Assembly: GCA_052426225.1 (NCBI GenBank)
Contig: JBNJNM010000013.1
Location: forward strand, 1,612,001 to 1,676,000
From: Zancudomyces culisetae HAW-14-8
Lineage: Eukaryota; Fungi; Kickxellomycota
Direction of reading: 5' to 3'
Length of the DNA stretch: 64,000 nt
How positions within the stretch are numbered: the first letter of the stretch is position 1; every line of letters starts with the position of its first letter. The notes beneath the pieces are model-generated. The model was given only the letters and a program-made list of their open reading frames with translations, was not told the origin of the DNA and searched no databases. Of the stretch, positions 10,829-20,850 are shown in pieces. The position numbers and the translations under genes were made by a program.

Positions 10829-11902
10829 ATGATGTTCTCTGTCAAACAAACAGTTTTAAAAGCTATAGTGACAACACTAGCCTTTTCCAACCTGAATCCA
10901 GCGTCTGCTGCTGCGGTCTGCAACTCGGGTCTTGTCACCAAAAATTTGAGCAATAGTACTGCGGATTCCCAAAACAATGCACGAATTTTAGGTGGGCAGC
11001 CAGCAAAGATCGAAGAGTTCCCATATATGGGTGGTGTCGTGATAATGTTTTCAACTTCAGGTAACTTCTGTACGGGTTCACTAATTTCAGATAAGTTTGT
11101 AGTGACACTGAGCGATTGTTTCTATGAGCAAACTTTAAAAATGAGAGCTATGACCAGCGATATTTCGGTTACATTTGGCACAGATTTAAACAGTTTAAAA
11201 GCAGATGTACAGTCATACAATGTAAAGAAATATTATGCTCACCCAGACTATTCTAGTTCATCAACATCAAAAGGGGTGACTAGTATAGGCTTGATTGAGC
11301 TTTCGGAACCAGTACCAAAAGAAGTTGCAACACCAGCAAAGATCTACAACGGAAAGGTTACAAATAAAATGTCATTGACTACAGTGGGTTGGGGTTCAAC
11401 TTCGCTTAGTGTAACAACTAAACTCTCCGACACTTTAAATAAAGTTACTGTGTCACCCTCTTCTTCAAAAGATTGCGAGGTGCTAGGCGGGTTATGGACG
11501 GGTAACGACGGAAATCTTATTTGCACTGTTGTTTCAGGCGGTAAAAGTGCGTACGCTGGTGATACTGGAGGACCACTGGTGTATACAGACAATGGATCTA
11601 ACTTGCTAGTTGGTTTGTTCTATGGACTAGGCTCTACTCGTGGTTCTACAACCGTTAAGCCCGGTAGTGATGGTTCAACAAATTATTTTTCTCGCCTAAG
11701 CAGCTATGTTGATTGGATTGTGGATACTACAGGAATTAGTAAATCAGATCTTGTAGATGAAAAACAATCAGCATCTTCCGGTGATTCTGCCGATTCACAA
11801 AACACTTCCAGCTCCACCTCCAGCTCAGCTGGTTTTCTTTCAAAGTCAGTTACACCCCTCTTACTCGCAGTCTCCCTTTTGACATCGACACTTCTATATT
11901 GA
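10829..11902 (+). CDS. Secreted trypsin-like (S1A) serine protease homolog, catalytically degenerate, probable GPI anchor
   Basis: Signal peptide; R|ILGG activation site; FCTGSLIS, VGWG and GDTGGPL motifs. Triad motifs altered: TAAHC->TLSDC, DIAL->SIGL, GDSGG->GDTGG. Ser-rich stalk and hydrophobic tail. Confidence 0.9.
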   Translation: MMFSVKQTVLKAIVTTLAFSNLNPASAAAVCNSGLVTKNLSNSTADSQNNARILGGQPAKIEEFPYMGGVVIMFSTSGNFCTGSLISDKFVVTLSDCFYEQTLKMRAMTSDISVTFGTDLNSLKADVQSYNVKKYYAHPDYSSSSTSKGVTSIGLIELSEPVPKEVATPAKIYNGKVTNKMSLTTVGWGSTSLSVTTKLSDTLNKVTVSPSSSKDCEVLGGLWTGNDGNLICTVVSGGKSAYAGDTGGPLVYTDNGSNLLVGLFYGLGSTRGSTTVKPGSDGSTNYFSRLSSYVDWIVDTTGISKSDLVDEKQSASSGDSADSQNTSSSTSSSAGFLSKSVTPLLLAVSLLTSTLLY

Positions 11903-12339
11903 ATATAGGATAATAATGATGACATTAGATTAACGCTTTATCTATATCTTTAGTTTTACGTACTATTTATTACAAGTATTCTTTTTAAAATCCCTACTAC
12001 TTTTATGATAAATCCCTTTTACCTAGTAACGAAAATGATAAACTTAAAACAAATATTCAATTTATAAACAATCTTAGTAGAAACTGTTGATATATTTTAT
12101 TGTGATTATAGCAAGTACACGGTAGTTATCATTCATCACAACATTAGTTTAAATCAGAATAATTAAACAAAGATAGGATAGTGATATACATTAAGGATTA
12201 TGAAAAAACACAAAAATATACCACAAGAACAACATAATTAAAGCCAACTGTTCAATTTTTTGAATAATTGAAGGACACATCTTTCGGGGAACAAAAATAG
12301 AGCTTGATTGATTTATTTTGTTTACAACAATACCTTTTG

Positions 12340-12660
12340 ACAAGGTATAGATAGGGTTGTTCATTGCCACCATTCCTATTCGATGTATACATCAGCGATA
12401 TATTTAGTGAGATAATAGATGCAACAGTACCAGGTTTACGCTTTGCAGATAACTTGGTGATGTTAGCTGAAACACCAGAGGACAAGGGATTACCTTTAAA
12501 TATTATAGGTAATTGAACTGATAAATTTGGAATGTCAGTAAGTGCTCAAAAGTGCAGAACAATATCAATTGATACAGAATTTATTATTTCATGCAAAAGT
12601 TTAGATAACATTCTGATCTTTGAGAGGTATATCTATCTTTGTTTAGTCTTCGATTAAAAG
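12340..12660 (+). pseudogene. Non-LTR (LINE) reverse transcriptase relic
   Basis: R*GCSLPPFLFDVYISD (QGCPLSP.LF motif), LRFADNLVMLAE (FADD), GMSVSAQKC, YIYLCL (YLG); contains stops. Confidence 0.85.
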
Positions 12661-14817
12661 TTATAAGCTTCAGAAAAACATAAATGGTATGAAAAAACCT
12701 TTATTCGACACGTAAGAGAGAAGGTCAGTAGATACATCTGACTGAACTGTAGAGTCGTGAGATGTTTGAATAAAGTCTACCGAAACAATAAATCATCCGA
12801 GATTGACGCAGCGCAGAAATGATGTTTTTGGATTAATATCTGGAAAGTATGAATTTTCTATAGAGACGAGGTAGTCGATTACCGATATACTAGTTTCTTA
12901 CTGCTAGTTTTTTAAGTACAATCTATGCTATTCAATTATCTAAATAAAAAACTAGATCTTCAAAAAAACTAATAAAGCCGTTATTATATCATAGAATTCT
13001 ACTTTAATGGTAAACATGGTCTAATTGTGGTGTATATTATTCTTAAATTTAGAGTAACCATTACTACGAATCTGATATTAAGGATTAATTTTAACATACA
13101 AGCATTTATATTCGAAAAAGGATGTAACCCAGTTAGATGGCTATCGAGGTTGTCACTTAATAATGTGGATTTTGCCTTAATAATCGATTTTTAATATCGT
13201 TGTATGCTTGCATTACTAAAATATGAAAAAATACCTTTTCGCTTTTTTTAACATAAAAGTAAAAGGTAGTGGGTAAAACAGAACTGAGAAAGTGATGGCT
13301 TTATGATTTATTTAATCTAGCATTTTTTACACAATGAATCTTGACTATTTCAAAGTTTATTTTGCATTATGTAGCTTGATTATAATTAAAAATCAAACCG
13401 AACAATGTACAAATCCCGCAAAGCAGATTGATATCAAAAATCAATGTTTGAAATAAACAATCCTAAAAGATGATGATATTCGTCGGAAATAAAAAAAAAA
13501 GGTTTGTTAGGTAAAAGAAAACCTTAGAATAAACTAGAAAATAGAAAAAACAAATAAATATCTATACATGACTTATACACTATATTTCTAGAGTTTGTTT
13601 CACTAAATATACCATGTTTTATCATACCCATAAAGCAGTTATAGTTTAGATATTTTCAGTTTTTTCTTACAAACCGAAACGATGAAATGTATAAAATTCA
13701 ATACAATCACGTTTGATTAAGTTTGTTCATTTGTGGGGGTGGATGTAAGGATACATCCCCTAACTAACACAATGGGTTATTGTTAGCGTGCCTATTTTTT
13801 TGATTAAATGGTTTATTAATATGTGGTTATGGTTATCTGAAATGTTCAAATCTTTTAATTATTGAAAATACAAAATTAATCAAGGAAAATACTGATATTC
13901 ATTAAAATTACAACCTGATATGTTGATTTGTATGGCAATTATTACTTCTTAAACGTTAATCAATTATTTAATAATAACCGTTAAAAACCATCACAAGTTG
14001 TTGAAAAATGGTGGGTGGATATAATAACCTTATCTCGTTATATACATGTGGTAATAGTAACTATTGTTGCATTGCAGCCTTTATTTTAACATCATTTTCT
14101 ATATTTTCTATTCTCAACTCTATAATTTAAACTGCTATCATCCCTTTTTCGTTTATTTCAATTCTTTGTCCAGTTTTTGAATTATCAATATCGAATTATT
14201 ATATTTATCCTAGATTACTACCTCTGGTTACAACATGATTTGTAAACTATAATTGATCTTGTGTTAGTATACAAAAGTGATTTTATAGTTCAAATCCTGA
14301 TTATGCACCAATTTCCTGATATTTTTTGTGCCAAAAATATAAAAATATCATTTATGAACATGGTGATTGCATTGCATGGATTAGCGATCCACTTTTTGGA
14401 CTTACTTAAGCATAATTTAGTGTGTGTACAAAGCGTGTGTGAGAGAAATAAATCACAATGAATGAAAAATGTACGAGTTTTTTTATACTTGTGTTGGGTA
14501 GATCTATCAGTATTAGTAATAGTTGGCAAAATTAGTATTACATTAATCAGTAAAAAAACAAAAATCGACTTGTTCTGCTCATATTAATACAAATAACTTG
14601 TGTAGTTTATGTACAAAGTATTCCTAAAATAAAAATAGATGTAAAAATAGAATAGTTTGTATTCTACATCTCTGATAAACTAGTCCAGTTTTTTCATCAG
14701 TTTATAGAAGTGGTTTAAAAAAAGTATATAAACCATGGCATACTTAACAACAACAAAAAAAACAGCATTCTCACAAAAACCATCAACAAAATTGCATTTC
14801 CAGTTTCCGTACCAGTT

Positions 14818-15576
14818 ATGAATCCATATATGGGAGCATGCTTAGGTCATTATCCATATCCCGCTCCCAATTCATATCACCACTATCATCTTGGAGCATC
14901 AGTTGTGGAAAGATCTTCATATAGTCTTCATCGTTCAATGAATCAAAAAAGTAGAGCAACTGAACTTAACGATCATGGAATTTTGAGTGATTTACCAGGA
15001 GATCTTGGAATCGGCAATGTAGTAAACAACCTTGTATCCGGAATTACTAATCTACTTGAACCAAACAATGCTTTGGGAAATTTGATTCCTGGAGTAACCA
15101 GTGGGCTTGGATCAAACAATTCTTTGAGAAACTTGCTTTCTGGAGTTACTAACGGTCTTGGATCAAGTGATTTCATTAACAACTTGGTTTACGGAATTCT
15201 AAATGCAGTACCATCGAATGCCACTTTGGGTAGCCTGGTCTCCGAAATTACTGATAACTTGGATCCGACAGTTCTATAAGCTAGTTTGTCGCTCAAATTG
15301 CGTATGAGCTAGGTCCTGAAACTAATTTGCGTAATTTGATTTCTAAGGCTAACACTGATATTAAATCCAGCGATATCATAAAAAATTTGGTTTCTAGCGC
15401 TACTAACGCACTATATCTAATACTATTTTGCGTAATGTCTCTCCAAAATTACTAATGAGCTTTCATCCAATACTACTTATAGTAACTTGATCTCTGGAAT
15501 CAATAATGTACTTCAGCAAACTAGTAGGACTATAAAAAATAATACCGGGTCTGCTTCAAGAAATACTAGATCATAG
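14818..15576 (+). pseudogene. 17-aa (51-bp) tandem-repeat protein; ORF to 15279, degenerate repeats continue past the stop
   Basis: NLVSGITNLLEPNNALG / NLIPGVTSGLGSNNSLR / NLLSGVTNGLGSSDFIN / NLVYGILNAVPSNATLG. Further units (NLISKANT, NLVSSATN, NLISGINN) follow frameshifts up to TAG 15574-15576. TATATAAA upstream. Confidence 0.65.
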
Positions 15577-17121
15577 ACTATTGTGAATCTATAGTATTTA
15601 GTTAAATAATCATATAAAATTTTGGTACTAGTGTCAATTTTTTTTTTTTATTCTGTTGACATTTATTGTAATATGCAAATATATAAAATGATCATTATAA
15701 AGATAATCAACTTAAATTAAAAATACAATAGTTGAAAATAACAAGATTTCTGAATAGTTTAAAAATATAGAGCTTCACTAGCATCTCTAATAAGACGAGA
15801 AAGTATAGAAATAAACGTCATTTAAATATAAAACGGTGTTCAAGAATAAAGCAAGTAAAAGACCGAGAGGAGGAGTCAACTGAAGAGATTATGCGAGGAA
15901 ACTGCGAAAAGTGTAGTTGAAGAGAAGCCGAAGCACTATCCTTGGTTGAGTAAAGAACAGCTAGGTTCTTGTATAAAATTTGTCAAATAAGGATGCATAT
16001 CTTGGATAGAATAAGAATAGAGCCAACCTCTTTGAACTAACACCCGGTTAGTATCAAGATCTAGAGGGTTTGATGTGAATTAGTTGGTTAGGTAGTATTT
16101 ATGGTTATTAGTTTGCAGCTTTTGTGGTATCTATTTAACTAATTTAGTAATAAAAGTTATTTTTATACATATTGCAAGATTTAAATGTTGATATTCAAAT
16201 TATTGGGTGCATCTCAACCAAAATAGGATTTGTAATCAAAAATTAGGCGTTTTGGGGTCGGTAATAAATTCATTCTATAAAGATTGCAGGGCTTTTGGTA
16301 ATGATGTATTTTATTAAAAGTAATTATATGTAGTGGGATTACCAATGCTTTCTTCTTGCATGACAATTGTTTCGTTAGTCGACTATTCCGATATTTTTAT
16401 ATTTTATGTTTAATTATATATAGGTGGTATAAGATTATATTGAGTGAATGGATTAAGTATCACTTTTATTAATTTGAACGAATATTACCAAGAATAAATC
16501 AGTCCAATGCTAGACGAGCAATTGTGTAACTAGTGTCGTGTGTTCTGGGTTGAATTCCAACTTAATCCGATTTCTTGGGAATATATAAATATTCAAAGGA
16601 AATTATTCAATTATTTAAAAATGAAATGAATTTTATTTAACCATTAACAATCAAAAATATGAAGATTATTTCTGATCATAAAATGAAGGAAATAGTCAGA
16701 TCAAAAATCCAAGAGCAAAATTACAAAATGAAATAAGGACATAAAAAGAATTTATTATTATTAGTATATTTAATTAAATTAAAGAGTATTAAATCGACTA
16801 TGAAAAATGAGTCAAACTATGAGGACGAACACAAAGCATATTATGAAGAGATAGCGGATATATTAAATATTAATAGGATAAGATTAGTAATAGTTTTAAA
16901 ATTAACAATTAACATATATAAAAGCCAAAGAGATCTCAGTAGGAGTCTCTTTAGCTCTTTTAGTAGTTTAAAACATATTCATAACAGTAAGAAATAAAGA
17001 CATTGAACAAGAAGGATTCTGTTTAAAACAAGTTTATTCAAAAGTAATATAATCATATAATAGTGCTACGGCTAAAAGTTTAAAATAGTAAAAGATAAAA
17101 GTTTAAAATTACTAAAATCTC

Positions 17122-17439
17122 ATGTCAGGTCTTATGGGTCATCTGCGCGCTGCCATCATCCAGAGATTCAAGGATGAGGGGCGGTACTCCTCGGATAGTG
17201 ATCGTTCCGAAGCTACTTCTATGGAAATAGAACCGGAAGCGTCACGTGATCCATTCTCTTTTCTTGAAGAAGTGGTTCAAAGAGAGATGGATTCCATGAG
17301 AAACCCGACTAAGGAGCGTGGCCAGTCCAGCCACGTCCGACACTACCGTTTACAGGTAGTAAAATATAGTCTAGTTAATAAAAATACTTGCAAAAACGGT
17401 AAAGTCGGCATCAACCGACAAGAGAAAAAATATTTTTGA
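17122..17439 (+). CDS. Small element-encoded ORF (105 aa; S/D/E/R-rich), unknown function
   Basis: GC-rich ORF with a homologous pseudogene at 5455-5676 (-). Confidence 0.6.
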   Translation: MSGLMGHLRAAIIQRFKDEGRYSSDSDRSEATSMEIEPEASRDPFSFLEEVVQREMDSMRNPTKERGQSSHVRHYRLQVVKYSLVNKNTCKNGKVGINRQEKKYF

Positions 17440-17610
17440 CAAAAATTGTCGTATAGTAAACTATACTGAAGAGTCGTCCCTATTATATGGTTAGTTTTAT
17501 TTATGTATTTTATAGAATTAGTATAAATATGTTTGAATGGAATTAATTAATAAATGGTCCTTTTCCACAGATAAATAATAGTATAATATAAATATATATT
17601 ATTGAAATTG

Positions 17611-17700
17611 ACCCGTCCCGTGTAGTACTTGGTAGCGAAAGTTACCAAGTAGGAGGTTAACCATTTTCACTCACGACAAAATTGTTGTATAGCAGAAATT
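17611..17700 (+). ncRNA. Pseudoknot RNA module, copy 2
   Basis: ACCCGTCC-CGTGTAG-[TACTTGGTAGC GAAA GTTACCAAGTA]-GGAGGTTAACCAT...CTCACG-ACAAAATTGTTGTATAGC. Confidence 0.6.
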
Positions 17701-18026
17701 ATAGCCATTTTTAATTATTGAATTTTAGTTATCATATCTAGTTTTGTTTCATCACATCCTTATCATTTTTACCAGGAGAGTTTTGGATTAGAATGTGATT
17801 AGTTTTACATTTATTTAAGTTTAATTTAGATAGTATTTAACAAATAACAAGGAAGAAAAATAAAGATTAACCTTTTTACACAAATTTAAAATAAGTATAT
17901 TAAAAGTTTTAATAGCAAATAAACTAGTACAATTTTTTAAGTAGAATAGTTCAATAGGATAATCACACTGGTTATTCTGAAACAAAAATTTGTTGCATAA
18001 ATTTTCTAGTTTTATTATTTATTTAT

Positions 18027-18405
18027 ATATATCAGTGCAACGACGCTGATATACTAATGTTTTGGTTCAGGACCGTTCACTTTATGATATGTTACTATTT
18101 ATTTAATTTATAAATAAAGAACTAATTCGCTATGTGAAGAGAAAAATCCGACGAGGTAACTTGTGTCCTCTAACGCTGTATATAAGAGTTTAAAACTAAA
18201 TATAATCCATGTTAAAGTAAATATAATAATAATAGTAAATACGAATCTAATTGTTGTATACAAGCAAAAACCACAATGGAGAAAATGCTTGTCGAGCACC
18301 TTCAACAATCAGATTCAGCGACAATCGTTAATTGTTCGGCAACGTGTCGCTATACGTGCCGAACCAGTAAACCAAATTTTTACGCAACAAATTTGTCGTA
18401 TAAAT
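18027..18405 (+). ncRNA. GGTTCAGGAC-type structured module, copy B
   Basis: TATCAG-loop(CGAC)-CTGATA; GGTTCAGGAC at 18064; AAATCCGACGAGG/CCTC; hairpin GAATCTAATTGTTG/CAACAATCAGATTC with an ACCACAATGG tip as in copy A. Confidence 0.5.
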
Positions 18406-18433
18406 TTTTGTAATTAGTAATTTTAGAATATCT

Positions 18434-18770
18434 CAGCACGACGAAACTGTATACTCTTATTAAAGTAGGTTCAGGACTTAAATGTATTTGTTTTATAATC
18501 TTTATTAGTATAATAACGTTACTGAATTAGGAAAAGTCGAACGAGGAATTCCATAGAGTCCTGTTCGTCGCTATTTATAAGAGTTTGATAATTATTAAAT
18601 AAAATAGATAATAAACTAAGTAATTAATGTTAAAACGTTTATGCAATTGATGTATAACTCTTTGGTTAACAAAGAGTTATAACCTGCTCGGTACACAATT
18701 GCACCAACGTTTTACCCCATTGGCGGTGTAGACTGTCGTTTTTTCATACGACAAATTGTCATATAGCAAA
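18434..18770 (+). ncRNA. GGTTCAGGAC-type structured module, copy C
   Basis: CAG-CACGACGAAA-CTG; closing helix ACTCTTAT (18453)/ATAAGAGT (18577); GACTT/AAGTC; GAACGAGGA/TCCTGTTC; GTCGCTATTT. Confidence 0.55.
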
Positions 18771-18809
18771 TTGACAATCGATTCGTAACTGGTTACGAAT
18801 CCGAAATGC

Positions 18810-18843
18810 ATTAGTTTTTTTATCCTAGTGATTTTTTCTAATA
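18810..18843 (+). ncRNA. ENE-like hairpin
   Basis: ATTAG-T7-ATC-CTAGT-GAT-T5-CTAAT. Confidence 0.5.
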
Positions 18844-19176
18844 ACACTTCGTTTTTTAATATAATTTTTTAGTAGTTTCTTATATAAGAGTTTTTTAGTT
18901 AGTTTTTTATAAAAGTTAAACGATAAATAGTTAATTTAGGAATAAAAAGATATACAACTTAGGTCTGAAATAAAACATAGTATTATTTAAAAATAGAATA
19001 ACATAGTTTTATATTTAGCATAGTAGTATAAAATATTAGAGATACTTGCATAAAAACGTTAGTATCTGACAAAATTTGTCGTATAATAATACGATGGGAA
19101 CTAAAATTGATTGAGATTTAACATCTCAATTTTTATCTATATAGTTATTGATTTTTATAGGTTATCTTTATTTTTA

Positions 19177-19212
19177 GATTGGACCTTTTTCCCCTTGTGG
19201 CTTTTGTTCAAC
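19177..19212 (+). ncRNA. ENE-like hairpin
   Basis: GATTGGA-CCTTTTT-CC-CCTTGT-GG-CTTTTG-TTCAA; 5' side matches the 3197/4061 copies. Confidence 0.5.
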
Positions 19213-19640
19213 GATTATTAGTTAGTTAGTTTAAGTTATAGTTTCATAGTTTTATATCAGAAATCGGGGGTAAAAAGAATCCCCCACTTCATTCTAAATA
19301 AAATTTATCTTTCAACAAAATAATATTGTGTCTAGCTACAATATATACTATTAGTACAACATTATAAATATATATACAATATAGTAGTAGTTTTAAATAC
19401 ATTAATAATCATAATAAGAATAAACAATAGGGAAAGCTGTTTATTCGACAAATTTGTTGTATGCCTACAATAGGTGAAACATTTCCATTGGTTAATTGTG
19501 TTTTGTAATTTTTAGTTAGATTTTTTGTAGATTATATTGTATAAAATTGAAATTTTTGTTTAACTAAATAAATGTCCTCTTTTGCAAAATCCAAAGTACT
19601 GTATAATAATTCGCAGCATATAGTAAAAGGTAAGTAAAAT

Positions 19641-19727
19641 GACCCGTCCCGTGTGTTATTTGGTGTAAAAAACACTAAATGGGACGTTAAACATGGCAAC
19701 ACACAACAAATTGTTATATAGTGGCCA
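19641..19727 (+). ncRNA. Pseudoknot RNA module, copy 3
   Basis: CGTCCC/GGGACG; loop GTGTGTT (19651-19657) pairs with AACACAC (19698-19704); ATTTGGTGT/ACACTAAAT hairpin; TTAAA linker; TGGC/GCCA closing helix. Confidence 0.65.
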
Positions 19728-19852
19728 GATCTACCTCTAGCCATTATATAATAATATCCTCTAACAACTTAAGTAACTTTAATTTTATTAATTTTTATGT
19801 CTATCAATTAATACTAGTTTAATATATATTATAGGTTAAAAGTTATTTTCAA

Positions 19853-19898
19853 GTTTGCCTAGTTTTTTTTATCCTTCTGGATTTTTTCTACAGCAAAC
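19853..19898 (+). ncRNA. ENE-like hairpin
   Basis: GTTTGC-C-TAG-T8-ATCC-TTCT-GGAT-T5-CTA-CA-GCAAAC. Confidence 0.6.
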
Positions 19899-20642
19899 AG
19901 TTTATTAAAAATATCATTATTTAGAACATTATATATTATAAATTTAGTTTATATAAAAATTATAAAATAGTATAAAAATAGCTTGAAATACTATGCTATA
20001 CAATATCAATAAAATTTTGGTCAAAGATACAATTCTATCGAGCAATAACATATATTTAGTATTTAAATTAAAGTTAATTAAACAATATACTTGTTATCAT
20101 TAGAATTGAATACACCAATTATATAGAAAAACTAAGTTTTTCTATAACAAAATATGTTGTATGCTTAGTTCTATCCAAGCTAAACTATTGGATAAACAGC
20201 ATACAGCTTCTCAAACACCGAATAACCACCGTTATCTCGGGTGTTCGAGCTAGTAATCTGGGATTACTAGGGTGAAATTATCACCCAAAAAGTGAGTCAA
20301 TATTAAGTTTTGATTATTTTATTTTAAGTTTCTATTATATAAAGTTCTAATAAAATAGCTAGTCAGGTACTAGTATATTACTAGTAACCTCACCACAAGT
20401 TTGGTGGTTTTATCTTTTTATTTTTAAAAGTTATTCATTAAATAAAATACAAATTAGCTCTAAAATACTTGATTTTACTCTATAAAATTGAAATTTGTGA
20501 TTTGAGCAAAAACCTACCTAAAACCAAAAAAAAACATAGGTAGTGAAGCGTAACACAATTTTTAAAGGGTATCAGAAAGGTATCAGAGTCTAATTTTTGG
20601 ACCAAAATTAATTGTTTTGCACACCAAATTTTAGGAGTTGGG

Positions 20643-20840
20643 CGTAATTTTACCCAGTTTTATCGCATTTATTGAAGTAATAAATACATAAAACTAAATT
20701 AAATATAAGCTAAAAAGGTAGGGTTGACTGGTTAAATAAAGTAAAACTTATTCCAGTAACAATCCCCCTCTATTAGCAGAACTTTTTGTAGGTTTAGTTG
20801 CGGAAATTTCCTGAGAAATTTTCTGCAAACTAAAATTACA
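20643..20840 (+). repeat. Possible ~200-bp LTR
   Basis: Terminal inverted repeat (C)GTAATTTTA...TAAAATTACA, preceded by purine-rich AGGAGTTGGG; internal AATAAA; no second copy in the window. Confidence 0.35.
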
Positions 20841-20850
20841 ATAAATATAT

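Larger units (their letters stand above)
17122..20840 (+). mobile_element. Retroelement-derived block lacking gag/pol: small ORF plus array of structured RNA modules
   Basis: Shares the pseudoknot, GGTTCAGGAC, ENE and GTATAG modules with 1770-4760. Homology to the 5455-6000 relic probably extends back to about 16800. Ends 10 nt before tRNA-Val. Confidence 0.6.

Noticed and set aside
17303-17340. Twister-sister-like words (ACCCG...CAGTCCAGCC)
   Set aside because: Folds as a different hairpin (CGTGGC/GCCACG), lies within an ORF and lacks the rest of the consensus
18434-18770. Group I intron or lariat-capping ribozyme core (GCTAT/ATAGC as P7, ATATAG as S element)
   Set aside because: Fits copy C only partly; J3/4 and J8/7 lengths are wrong and the P7/P8 pairings are not kept in copies A and B
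17438-20164. GACAAAATTGTCGTATAG repeats as a CRISPR array
   Set aside because: Eukaryotic locus, degenerate repeats, irregular 240-700 nt spacing, no cas genes
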